Assembly: GCA_964545585.1 (NCBI GenBank)
Contig: CAZJFT010000002.1
Coordinates: forward strand, 1 to 56,623
DNA: 56,623 nucleotides
From: an uncultured Methanosarcinales archaeon
Lineage (GTDB): Archaea > Nanobdellota > Nanobdellia > Woesearchaeales > UBA9642
Reading direction: 5' to 3'
Shown: positions 32,713 to 41,829 of the stretch, piece after piece
Position numbering within the stretch: position 1 is the first letter of the stretch
Layout of the letters: every line of letters starts with the position of its first letter
The notes under the pieces: model-generated
Told to the model about the DNA's origin: nothing
Databases searched by the model: none
Seen by the model: only the letters and a program-made list of their open reading frames with translations
Made by a program: the position numbers and the translations under genes

Positions 32713-33356
32713 TTGTCCTCTTCAGACTTCAACAATGCTTTAAGGTCTTCCAATGAGTGTATCTTTTCAGGATAATCCTGCCGGTTCATCCTGTCAAGCA
32801 ATATTGTCCTTATCCCTGCTTTGGATGCGGGTATCATGTCTGAATCGATGCTGTCACCTATCATGACTGCCTCTTCAGGATTTATCTCTAAATCCTTCAT
32901 TATGTTCTTGAAGAATTCAGGATTAGTCTTAAGCATCCCCACATCGCATGACAAGTATATATGATTGAAATGGTTCTGCAGTTCAAACTTTGTTATCATG
33001 TCTTTAGTGAAACAGTCTATATTAGCCACGAGTACAAGTATATATTCTTTCTTTAATTCTTCCAATAAAGGGACTGTCTCTTGGAATGGCCTGCTCAACA
33101 GCTTATTCTTGTTCCACATACCTATCAATCTTTCTGTCAATTCTGGAGTTATCCTGACGTTGAATGCCTCTGCCACGGATTTGAATCCTTCAGCAAGGCT
33201 CGTATGCGGAGTCGTCATCAGAGTAGTCTCGAACAATGGCACATAATCATGAAATTCTTTCCTTATCCCAAGAATGAATCTTACCTGCTTAGTCGGACTA
33301 GGAAATATACCGTTCTCCATCAATGTTCCTTGCAGATCGAATATTATCGCTTTCAT
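32709..33356 (-). CDS. HAD-superfamily hydrolase. Motif I reads DLQGT, so the second Asp is replaced by Gln.
   Basis: IIFDLQGTL and MIGDSIDSDMIPASKAG. 4-nt overlap with the HIT gene. Confidence 0.75.
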   Translation of the reverse strand: MKAIIFDLQGTLMENGIFPSPTKQVRFILGIRKEFHDYVPLFETTLMTTPHTSLAEGFKSVAEAFNVRITPELTERLIGMWNKNKLLSRPFQETVPLLEELKKEYILVLVANIDCFTKDMITKFELQNHFNHIYLSCDVGMLKTNPEFFKNIMKDLEINPEEAVMIGDSIDSDMIPASKAGIRTILLDRMNRQDYPEKIHSLEDLKALLKSEEDK

Positions 33357-33419
33357 TTAACCCCCTTACTTAACAGAAAATGTCGATGTTTTTAAAGTTT
33401 TTCCAATATTTTTCAGATA

Positions 33420-34229
33420 TCAACGCAGATTCATCATCTCTAAGGCATTCTTAGGAATCTCTTTGAGTATCTGGTCATGAATTTTTCCATTTGATACAAT
33501 GAATGATTTGTCCCATTGCAATCCTTGTTTGGAGTAATCTAGATGAGCATTATAAAAATCTGTTATTTTCCCACCTGCTTCTTCTAATATTATTGTTGGT
33601 GCGGCAGTATCCCACTTACTCGGTAAAGAAGAATTATTTACATAGAAATCTATCTCTCCTTCTGCGACACTGCAGAGTCTGACACCTAAACTGCCAAGTA
33701 TCTTGCTCCTGCATTTCAGTTTACTATCTAATATTACGTCTAGGAAGTTCGGCTTCCTGAATGGTCTCACAACTCTTGAAGAATGACTGAGTCTTTCCGT
33801 GCTAGAAACATAAATTCTTTTCTTCTCTCCTTTATGGATCAACCATGCACCCTTCCCTTTTTCTGCATAATATAATTTGTCATGCAATGGCACATATACA
33901 ACACCGAACACTATCTCTTTATCCATCATCAATCCTATCATAGTGCAGAAATCTTTGCTCTTGTTCAGGAATCCTATCGTTCCATCCAATGGGTCCACAA
34001 TCCACGTTGGTTTGGAAAGATCCATATCCTTATCTTCGGATTCTTCAGATAATATCTGATATCCATATTTCTTAAGACTGTCACATATGTACTTGTTCGC
34101 TTCGAGGTCTGCGGTAGAGACCGGACTATAACTATTAGGATCCTTATTCCTTATCTCAACTTTCTTCCCATGATAGCTTACAAGTATCTCCCCTGCATGT
34201 TTCGCTATCTCAATGACATCCTCGTACAT
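33420..34229 (-). CDS. Inositol monophosphatase / FBPase / CysQ-family phosphatase
   Basis: EESEDK, WIVDPLDGT, WDTAAPTIILEEAGG. Confidence 0.85.
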   Translation of the reverse strand: MYEDVIEIAKHAGEILVSYHGKKVEIRNKDPNSYSPVSTADLEANKYICDSLKKYGYQILSEESEDKDMDLSKPTWIVDPLDGTIGFLNKSKDFCTMIGLMMDKEIVFGVVYVPLHDKLYYAEKGKGAWLIHKGEKKRIYVSSTERLSHSSRVVRPFRKPNFLDVILDSKLKCRSKILGSLGVRLCSVAEGEIDFYVNNSSLPSKWDTAAPTIILEEAGGKITDFYNAHLDYSKQGLQWDKSFIVSNGKIHDQILKEIPKNALEMMNLR

Positions 34230-34301
34230 GATAATCCAGAAAACTGCATATTTATTAAGATTATGAATAGAAAAAGTAAATCATGAATATAAAAATAGAT
34301 A

Positions 34302-34374
34302 TGGACTGGCCGGGAATCGAACCCGGAGTCTCTCCGTTGCGAACGGAGCATATTAACCATTCTACTACCAGCCC
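34302..34374 (-). tRNA. tRNA-Ala(CGC)
   Basis: 73-nt canonical cloverleaf with the G3:U70 Ala identity pair and anticodon loop TTCGCAA. Confidence 0.9.
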
Positions 34375-34398
34375 ATGCCTTCGAGAAGTAAAATAAAG

Positions 34399-34406
34399 TT
34401 TATAAA
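34399..34406. promoter_or_regulatory. Palindromic TATA box TTTATAAA shared by tRNA-Ala (25 nt) and leaderless gltX (23 nt)
   Basis: Exact octamer with symmetric spacing. Confidence 0.55.
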
Positions 34407-34428
34407 CCTTCTCCTATTCTTTTGATGC

Positions 34429-36153
34429 ATGGATGTCGAGCAGCTGAAAACAATAATCAGGAAGCATGCATTAGCTAATGCCCTCAAATTCGGCAAGGCA
34501 AGCCCTGGCCCGGTGATCGCGAAGATAATCGCCGAGGCTCCTGAAGTTAAGCAGTTCATGAAGACTGTTTCTTTCGAGACTAATGAGATTCTTGGAGAGA
34601 TAAATTCTATGGAATTAGAGGATATACAGAAAGAATTGGAAAATAATTTTCCTGAAATGCTCGAGAAGAAAGAGAGAGAGAAGAGAGATGATTTGAAGGA
34701 TTTAGATGGCGTCGATAAAGAGAAAGGCGTCATAATGCGTTTCGCTCCTTCACCGTCTGGACCTATGCATTTAGGGCATGCAATAACTGGCGGATTGACG
34801 GCATTATATGTAAAGAAATATGGTGGAAAATTCATTTTAAGGATAGAGGATACCAACAGCGACAATATCGATTTAGAATCATATGAACTTCTTCCTAAAG
34901 ACGGTGAATGGATATTCGGAAATGTTTCTGAAGTGTGGATACAGTCCGACAGGATGAATATATATTATGATTACATAAAGAAATTTATCGACTTGAACGC
35001 ATGTTATGTATGCACGTGCAGCCAAGAACAATTCAAGAAGTATTCTGATGAGATGAAAGATTGCCCGTGCAGGAAATTAGGTATTGCCGAGAACATAGAC
35101 AGATGGAAAAAGATGTTAGACGTAAATCAATTTAAGGAAGGTGATGCGGTGTTGCGTTTCAAGACGGACATGCAGCATAATAATCCTGCGATGAGAGACT
35201 TCCCTCTTGCAAGGATAAATGATTCAGAACATCCTAGGGTAGGAAAAAAATATCGCGTATGGCCGTTGATGAACCTTTCCGTATGTGTCGACGATATAGA
35301 AGCAGGGATGACTCATATAATACGTGCAAAGGACCATGCAGATAATGCGAAAAGGCAGGAGATGATGTATGCTGCATTAGGAATAAAGGATAAGTTCCCT
35401 AAGACATATTTCGTCGGCAGATATAATTTCGAAGGATTGGAATTAAGTGCCTCCAAGACGAGAACGAAGATAAAGGAAGGTACTTATTGGGGATGGGATG
35501 ATATAAGGCTTCCTTTCCTTCAGGCATTGAAGAGAAGAGGATATCAGCCAGAGGCATTATTGAGATATACGATGCTCACAGGGATATCTCCCGTCGACAA
35601 GACAGTGTCTGCAGAAGAATTCTTCAAGACGATAAATTCTTTCAACAAGGAGATTGTCGACCCTAAAGCCAAGAGATTCTTCATGATGCACGACTATGAG
35701 AAGATAACAATTCATAATGCACCTCATCAAGAATTGAAGATAAGGATGCATCCTAACAATGACATGTATGGCGACAGGGAATTAGAGGTGGAGGACGAGT
35801 TCTTGATACAGAGAAACGATTTGAGGGAATTGAAAGAAGGAGAGCTTTATAGGTTTATGGATTGCTTGAATTTCAAAAAAATAGGTGGCATCTTTGAATT
35901 CGACTCATTGGATTATGATGTCTTCAAGTCACAAGGTAAGAAGATCATGCATTTCCTTCCAGCATATGGAAATATTGATATAGAAATATTGATGGATGAT
36001 GCCACAACGATAAAGGGCATTGCTGAACATTCCATTAAACAATTGCACGTCGGAGATATAATTCAGTTCGAAAGGTTCGGATTCTGCAGGCTCGACGCTG
36101 TGGAAAAAAAAGAAGGAAACAAATTATACAAGTTCTGGTTCACACATAAGTAG
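34429..36153 (+). CDS. gltX: Glutamyl-tRNA synthetase, archaeal type
   Basis: RFAPSPSGPMHLGHA (HIGH motif) and LSASKT (KMSKS-like). The N-terminal helical extension is typical of archaeal GluRS. Confidence 0.93.
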   Translation: MDVEQLKTIIRKHALANALKFGKASPGPVIAKIIAEAPEVKQFMKTVSFETNEILGEINSMELEDIQKELENNFPEMLEKKEREKRDDLKDLDGVDKEKGVIMRFAPSPSGPMHLGHAITGGLTALYVKKYGGKFILRIEDTNSDNIDLESYELLPKDGEWIFGNVSEVWIQSDRMNIYYDYIKKFIDLNACYVCTCSQEQFKKYSDEMKDCPCRKLGIAENIDRWKKMLDVNQFKEGDAVLRFKTDMQHNNPAMRDFPLARINDSEHPRVGKKYRVWPLMNLSVCVDDIEAGMTHIIRAKDHADNAKRQEMMYAALGIKDKFPKTYFVGRYNFEGLELSASKTRTKIKEGTYWGWDDIRLPFLQALKRRGYQPEALLRYTMLTGISPVDKTVSAEEFFKTINSFNKEIVDPKAKRFFMMHDYEKITIHNAPHQELKIRMHPNNDMYGDRELEVEDEFLIQRNDLRELKEGELYRFMDCLNFKKIGGIFEFDSLDYDVFKSQGKKIMHFLPAYGNIDIEILMDDATTIKGIAEHSIKQLHVGDIIQFERFGFCRLDAVEKKEGNKLYKFWFTHK

Positions 36154-36159
36154 AAGATA

Positions 36160-36552
36160 CTATTTTCTTATTCCTTCGACTCTTCCATGCCTTACATCTG
36201 ATCCATAGTCAGTGCTCACTATCCCTGCTGAATTAGACCTTATCTCATATTTGAATTGACCTTCATACGCTATTGTAGTGTCATCTACATTGAATAGCTT
36301 GTAAGCCTCTTCTGGGAGCATCTCGACGTATATTATGTCGCTCTTTACTTTTCCGCCATCTGGAGAGAATATCGTCGTCTTTGTCGGCTCGAAATTCTGT
36401 GGGAATCCTTTGTAGACTTCTGGATCGTCCCTTATTGTCCGATCATATATTACCTTTCCGAGACCGCCCACCATAAATAATGTTCCGCCAAGTATTACTG
36501 CAGGCCTGACATAATCCTTATATATTTTTGAAACTTTATTTTCTATATTCAT
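36160..36552 (-). CDS. Hypothetical N-terminally anchored protein (130 aa)
   Basis: TM helix AVILGGTLFMVGGLG. Confidence 0.5.
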   Translation of the reverse strand: MNIENKVSKIYKDYVRPAVILGGTLFMVGGLGKVIYDRTIRDDPEVYKGFPQNFEPTKTTIFSPDGGKVKSDIIYVEMLPEEAYKLFNVDDTTIAYEGQFKYEIRSNSAGIVSTDYGSDVRHGRVEGIRK

Positions 36553-36718
36553 TTTAAACCCCTTATTTCATTATAAAAACTTTAGTTTGTTTATAAATTT
36601 TACGATTATGTAGCTACTTATAAGTGACTATATAACTATGATTGTTTTATGATAAGTTTTAAATAATATCAGCACAAGAAGAGCAGAAAAGACATGTATA
36701 GGTCATCGAGGTGTCAAA

Positions 36719-36892
36719 ATGGGATCAGATTGGATAATAGTCAAGTCGAAGATAAAAGAGATTGCGGGACAATACAACGTATCAGGAGACTTCCCTGAAG
36801 TTTTGAACGAGAAAGTGAAACAGATGGTCCAGGACGCAATCAAGAGAGCAGAAGCGAACAACAGAAAAACAGTCATGGGTCGGGACATATAA
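36719..36892 (+). CDS. Small histone-fold-like (DUF1931-like) protein, 57 aa. Not in the supplied ORF track.
   Basis: MGSDWIIVKSKIKEIAGQYNVSGDFPEVLNEKVKQMVQDAIKRAEANNRKTVMGRDI. GAGGTG RBS 7 nt upstream. The NNRKTV..RDI end resembles histone-fold proteins. Confidence 0.6.
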   Translation: MGSDWIIVKSKIKEIAGQYNVSGDFPEVLNEKVKQMVQDAIKRAEANNRKTVMGRDI

Positions 36893-36896
36893 GAAA

Positions 36897-37250
36897 TTAA
36901 TAATAACTTTTTTGGTCAATCATCCTTTTCAACTGCATAATCTTATTCTCAATACGATAGATGAAATCAGTATTATCGCCAGACTCCTTCAGCTTCTCAA
37001 ATATCTCCTCCACGGCAGCCAACTCTTTCTTCAATTCGATTATTTTCGGATTATCGACGACCTCCTCAATCGTCTGCTCTATAGTCTTAGGTTTCTGCAT
37101 CACTATAGGCTTCACAGTATCATAAGAAGTCCGCTCAAGAGGAGATAGGACTGGCTTTTTTGGAGCTAAAGCCTGCTGTTGCCGCTCCTCTTTCAAGGCT
37201 TTCGCAGACAACGAAAGGTTCACAAATAAATCCTTAGTCAAGCTTATCAT
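36897..37250 (-). CDS. Hypothetical coiled-coil protein (117 aa)
   Basis: ORF only, on the same strand as and adjacent to the Q/P-rich protein. Confidence 0.5.
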   Translation of the reverse strand: MISLTKDLFVNLSLSAKALKEERQQQALAPKKPVLSPLERTSYDTVKPIVMQKPKTIEQTIEEVVDNPKIIELKKELAAVEEIFEKLKESGDNTDFIYRIENKIMQLKRMIDQKSYY

Positions 37251-37269
37251 TATATTATCCTATGTCATA

Positions 37270-38028
37270 TTATCCTATGAATCCTAGAAATTTTTTCTTC
37301 CTCTGCTCAGGGAGCATGTCCATCTGCTGAGTGTCAAGGCCTTCTAAAGGCGGAAGACTGTTCATGCTGTCTAATGGAGGCAACGGAGCGAAATCAGGTG
37401 CCTGATTCATCTGAGGCCTCTGCAACTGTTGAGGCTGCATACCCTGCTGTGGTCTTTGTTGTGCAAACTGTTGCTGCATAGGCTGCTGCATAGGAGCGGA
37501 CTGCTGGAATTGTGGATTCTGCATAGGCTGCTGCATAGGAGCGGACTGCTGGAAAGGCTGACGCTGCTGGAATGGTTGCGGATTGAATTGAGGCAACGGA
37601 GCCATCTGCTGCACAGGCTGTGGTCCAGGACGTGGTATTTGAGGATTCTGTATGATTATAGGACCGACATCAGGTATAGGTAACGCATTCTCGTCATGAG
37701 TTACATCTTGTTGAGGATTATCTCCTGTGCCCACCTTGTCATGTATCGAGACTAAAGCTTTTGCTATAGTCTCATTCTGATCTAGAATCTGATTAAGCTT
37801 CTCTATCGGCTTGCTCTCATTGTATTCATCTATTATATCCTGCTGTGCATCCTCAAGAATTGCTATGAGCTTGTTCATAGTGTTGTTCAATCGCTCTATG
37901 CTCTTCTGCAAATCCTGTCCCCTATCAGATTCACCATAAGGATTTCTTTTCAATGCGTTAAGCTCTTTCTTGAGTTTCTCAACTTCCTTCTTAGGCATGA
38001 GCTCATAATCAGAATCATCATCAACCAT
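37270..38028 (-). CDS. Protein with an N-terminal coiled coil and a C-terminal Gln/Pro-rich low-complexity half
   Basis: 252 aa, with FQQSAPMQQPMQ occurring twice. Encoded partly by a perfect 36-nt direct repeat (37474-37509 and 37519-37554). Confidence 0.65.
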   Translation of the reverse strand: MVDDDSDYELMPKKEVEKLKKELNALKRNPYGESDRGQDLQKSIERLNNTMNKLIAILEDAQQDIIDEYNESKPIEKLNQILDQNETIAKALVSIHDKVGTGDNPQQDVTHDENALPIPDVGPIIIQNPQIPRPGPQPVQQMAPLPQFNPQPFQQRQPFQQSAPMQQPMQNPQFQQSAPMQQPMQQQFAQQRPQQGMQPQQLQRPQMNQAPDFAPLPPLDSMNSLPPLEGLDTQQMDMLPEQRKKKFLGFIG

Positions 38029-38097
38029 ACACTACACCCCTTTTTAGAGGATACCGGAATAGAAGTTTATATAGTTTTCTGTTTTAAAAAGTATAAC

Positions 38098-38105
38098 TTT
38101 AAATA
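38098..38105 (+). promoter_or_regulatory. TATA box TTTAAATA, 22 nt upstream of the serS ATG (leaderless)
   Basis: Sequence and spacing. Confidence 0.5.
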
Positions 38106-38126
38106 TTAGCATTTTATACTTTTAAC

Positions 38127-39407
38127 ATGATTGACATCAAATTGATTAGGGAGAATCCTGACCTGATAAGGGATAATATAAAGAGAAAATTCCAGGACAA
38201 CAAACTGCAATTAGTTGACGAGCTCTTAGGACTTGACAAGAATATTAGGGAATTGAAAGGCAAAGCGGATTCCTTGAGGCATAAACGCAACACTTTGAGC
38301 GAGAGCATAAACCAGTTGAAGAAGGAAGGGAAAGACATCAAGCCGATCCTTGAAGAGGTGAAGAGCATCCCACAGAAGATCAAGGATATTGAATCAGATA
38401 TGGCTGTCCTTGAAGAAGAATTCAATTCTAAAATTATGCAGATACCAAACATTATGCATGAATCAGTCCCTGCAGGAAAGGATGCGTCTGAGAATGTTGA
38501 GGAGTCAAGACATGGACATTATAGGATGCTTGATTTTGAGGTGAAGAGCCATGTTGAGATTGCTGAATCGCTCGGCGTCGCTGATTTTGAGAGCAGCGCA
38601 AGGACTTCAGGGAATGGATTCTATTACTTAGAGGGTGATCTCGCATTGCTCAATCAGGCATTGATACGCTTTGGTATAGATAAGATGGTAAGCAAGGGAT
38701 TCCTTTACGTCGAGACTCCATTGATGCTTAATGATTCCGTGATAAAGAACGTTACAGACCTGCATGACATGAGCAATCAGATATTCAAGATACAGGATGA
38801 AGAGCTGTACTTGATAGGGACGAGCGAGCATTCTCTTATCGGCAGGCATATCGGCACAGTGATTGATGAGGATAGGCTTCCTATAAAGCATACGTCATAT
38901 TCTATGTGTTTCAGGAAGGAGATAGGGAGCCATGGCATTGACGAAAAAGGCCTTTTCAGGACACATCAGTTCAATAAGATCGAGATGGTTGTCCTGTGCA
39001 AGCCTGAAGATTCGATGCGATTCTATGAAGAGATGAAAGGCATAACTGTAGAGATATTCACAGAATTAGATATTCCTATAAGAGTGTTGCAGATATGTTC
39101 TGGAGACTTAGGCGACTTGAAGCATTGTCAAGTTGACATTGAGGCATGGTCTCCTAGAAAGAAAGAATATTTCGAGGTCGGAAGCTGTTCTAATCTTACT
39201 GATGCTCAGGCGAGGAGATTGAACATAAGATATCAGGACAAGAACAACAACAGGGCATACGTCCATACATTGAACAATACAGCAATAGCCACTTCTAGGG
39301 CGATGGTTGCCATCCTTGAGAACTTCCAGAACCCGGACGGCACTGTAGACATCCCTAAAGCATTGCATAAATACATGCATGGGAAGAAAAAGATAGAGAA
39401 GAGATAG
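38127..39407 (+). CDS. serS: Seryl-tRNA synthetase
   Basis: N-terminal coiled-coil arm MIDIKLIRENPD.. plus class II motifs (FRKEIGSHG, RTHQFNKIEMV, GSCSN). Confidence 0.95.
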   Translation: MIDIKLIRENPDLIRDNIKRKFQDNKLQLVDELLGLDKNIRELKGKADSLRHKRNTLSESINQLKKEGKDIKPILEEVKSIPQKIKDIESDMAVLEEEFNSKIMQIPNIMHESVPAGKDASENVEESRHGHYRMLDFEVKSHVEIAESLGVADFESSARTSGNGFYYLEGDLALLNQALIRFGIDKMVSKGFLYVETPLMLNDSVIKNVTDLHDMSNQIFKIQDEELYLIGTSEHSLIGRHIGTVIDEDRLPIKHTSYSMCFRKEIGSHGIDEKGLFRTHQFNKIEMVVLCKPEDSMRFYEEMKGITVEIFTELDIPIRVLQICSGDLGDLKHCQVDIEAWSPRKKEYFEVGSCSNLTDAQARRLNIRYQDKNNNRAYVHTLNNTAIATSRAMVAILENFQNPDGTVDIPKALHKYMHGKKKIEKR

Positions 39408-39443
39408 TTGTTGTCACTTTCCGGTTAAGACAAAAACGTAAAA

Positions 39444-39451
39444 TTTATAAA
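39444..39451 (+). promoter_or_regulatory. TATA box TTTATAAA, 22 nt upstream of the ATG at 39473 (leaderless)
   Basis: Exact octamer. Confidence 0.55.
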
Positions 39452-39472
39452 TAAGTATTTCTGAATAATCGC

Positions 39473-40321
39473 ATGAAAACAAATATTAGTTCAAAAACGA
39501 TAGTTTCAGAAGATAATGTAAAAATTCACTATTGGATAAACTATCGTAATGGAATGGATAAAAAATTCAAGTTTCTGCACCCGGCCTCATCTATGAACCA
39601 CACTGCATTAGAACCGTTAGAGCATATGATGAATAAGGAGAATATACCGACAATCACTCTCGATCCGAGAGGAACAGGATATTCGCAAACACCCATCAGC
39701 AAAGGATATTTCAGTCTTGATTCATACACTAAAGATATAGAGAAAATCCTGAAAGCAGAAGGTATCGAGAAGCCAGATTTCATCGGACATAGCATGGGAT
39801 TCATGCCCATAGTAAACTACACAGCAAATACAGAAAATGGCAATAAAATATTCGGCATAGGCGCATCATATCATTTCCCGGACACGACTGCAAACAAGGC
39901 AGTGTTCCACATCTTCAATAGGGCATTAAGGTATAATGAAATATTAGGCAGCGCTGCCACAGGCATATGGCATAATATGAATAATGAATTGAGACCATAT
40001 AACGACCAATCAAAGATTTCACAAGGAAAGAACTCGTATATAGCATTCGTAGATGTTCCGATAAAGGAAGCCATAAACCATTGCGTAAGCGGTATAGAGA
40101 TAAATAAATGGAATATTAGTGAACAATTGAAAAAAATAGAAAGCCAAATCATATTGATTTACGGAAAAAAAGATATTGCAGTAGTTCCTGAAAAAGCTGG
40201 TTCAAAGATCCTTGAAATGACTCAGAATTCTAGTATATATAAAATAGACGGTGGACATGACTTGCCTATGAAGAAGCCAGAAAAAATATTAGAAATAATA
40301 AAAAAATACGATTTACTCTAA
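39473..40321 (+). CDS. Alpha/beta-fold hydrolase
   Basis: Nucleophile elbow IGHSMGF and a late GGHDLP. Confidence 0.8.
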   Translation: MKTNISSKTIVSEDNVKIHYWINYRNGMDKKFKFLHPASSMNHTALEPLEHMMNKENIPTITLDPRGTGYSQTPISKGYFSLDSYTKDIEKILKAEGIEKPDFIGHSMGFMPIVNYTANTENGNKIFGIGASYHFPDTTANKAVFHIFNRALRYNEILGSAATGIWHNMNNELRPYNDQSKISQGKNSYIAFVDVPIKEAINHCVSGIEINKWNISEQLKKIESQIILIYGKKDIAVVPEKAGSKILEMTQNSSIYKIDGGHDLPMKKPEKILEIIKKYDLL

Positions 40322-40326
40322 GGTGC

Positions 40327-40710
40327 CTACCAATCGAACTTCTTGTTCAAGGAATCCTTTATGAGCTTGTCTGCGCCTAGCTGATCGTCATGGACTATTG
40401 TCTGCTTGCCGCAGTATGGACATTTCTCTACATGCTGTGATTCCTTCCTTGAGAACTTGTATTTGCAGTTTGTGCATATGAACTTTATCATCTTCTCTGA
40501 TTTAGTCGTCTCTGTCTTCTTTCTCGGACCTGAGAATGGCTGGTTCTCTACAGCTTTCTTCTGTATTGTCGTCTCTGAGCTTAATGAGGCGCCCTTCTTT
40601 GCACAATCAACACATATCATGTGCTCGCCATCATCTGCTGGCCTCATGTTGTGCATCAATGATTTCCTTCCGCATGATCGGCATATAATCAACAAATTGT
40701 CATCATTCAT
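40327..40710 (-). CDS. Double zinc-ribbon protein
   Basis: CRSCG..CVDC and CTNCKYKF..CPYCG. Confidence 0.6.
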   Translation of the reverse strand: MNDDNLLIICRSCGRKSLMHNMRPADDGEHMICVDCAKKGASLSSETTIQKKAVENQPFSGPRKKTETTKSEKMIKFICTNCKYKFSRKESQHVEKCPYCGKQTIVHDDQLGADKLIKDSLNKKFDW

Positions 40711-40793
40711 AATTTCACCACTCGAAAAGCATATCTATCAGTTTATATTTTTTTCTATTGAGCGTATCTGATATTCAAAATCAATATTCAAAA

Positions 40794-41597
40794 TCATATC
40801 TTCTCTTTTATCTTTCCGGCGTATTCTCTTATATTCTCTATTGCGATTATCACTTTAGGGCTTTTCATGTCTGAGTGCTCTATATTGTGTGCTATTTTTT
40901 CTGTTGTGTCTAGTATGTAATGCATCCAGAATTCTGTGCTCTTGTCCTTCCAGGATATATTGTGCTTCTCCATGAACAGTATGAATCTTTCCAGTTTGTG
41001 CAGTGAGTCCTCTATGTTCTCTGTAAGCATCAAGTATTGCATCTTTGATATCCTGTGCCGGTGCAGGTTTTTCTCGGAGAAAAGGTTTTCCACATCTAGG
41101 AATACCACATATAGTCCGTCTATTGTCGATTCTACCTCTTTTATCGTTATTTCCTTCCTTTTTGTAGCGTATTCATGCATGAGCCTGTCTGAGTCTGTCC
41201 TGAATACTGACATCATGAGCATCAACGTATTAATTTTCTTGTCTTGATGGTGCGCCACATGATAATGGGGATGCACATATTTCATTATTATCTTGTCTGC
41301 CAGTATGAACAGCAATATGCAGCTTATGGCTAATTGTATATATACTGCTATCGCTACTATCCCTTCATGCGCTATCATCCCAAGCCCGAATATCAATGCT
41401 ATAATCAGGCTTGCATATAATCCGTTGAAAAACCCTAAGAATGTGAATGATACTGTCTGCCCGTTTATCGCAATCGTATTGTATGAGGATAATGCCCAAT
41501 ATGTTGCCCCGAATATGAATATGGAGAGTATCCATGCTATAAGGAATTTCGTGAATGAGGTCTCTCTTATGAACTGAAATAATCCTTTTTTTGGCAT
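40794..41597 (-). CDS. Membrane protein (3-4 TM helices) with a cytoplasmic helical domain, unknown function
   Basis: 267-aa ORF with a leaderless-type promoter. Confidence 0.55.
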   Translation of the reverse strand: MPKKGLFQFIRETSFTKFLIAWILSIFIFGATYWALSSYNTIAINGQTVSFTFLGFFNGLYASLIIALIFGLGMIAHEGIVAIAVYIQLAISCILLFILADKIIMKYVHPHYHVAHHQDKKINTLMLMMSVFRTDSDRLMHEYATKRKEITIKEVESTIDGLYVVFLDVENLFSEKNLHRHRISKMQYLMLTENIEDSLHKLERFILFMEKHNISWKDKSTEFWMHYILDTTEKIAHNIEHSDMKSPKVIIAIENIREYAGKIKEKI

Positions 41598-41618
41598 GTT
41601 TCTCTAACACTCATGGAA

Positions 41619-41626
41619 TTTATAAA
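41619..41626 (-). promoter_or_regulatory. TATA box TTTATAAA, 22 nt upstream of the ATG at 41597 (leaderless)
   Basis: Exact octamer. Confidence 0.55.
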
Positions 41627-41829
41627 TGTTCTTTTCAGATAGTTCGCATATATTTTTCACACATTGAAATAATAAATTGAGCACGCAATAGACACAGATT
41701 GAACTTAAATAAGCATAAATCGAAACCTTTATATATAAGAACATACTTTAATCTATCCTAGTATACATAAAACTACACCAAAGAGGCGATTTAGAGAGTT
41801 AAAGACATAAAAACATAACGGAAAAGAAG

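Noticed and set aside
34365-34865. 166-aa minus-strand ORF overlapping tRNA-Ala and the gltX 5' region
   Set aside because: It overlaps a canonical tRNA and the conserved HIGH region of GluRS.
36703-36888. 61-aa minus-strand ORF from the track
   Set aside because: The opposite strand encodes a histone-fold-like protein with a proper RBS, and that ORF was preferred.
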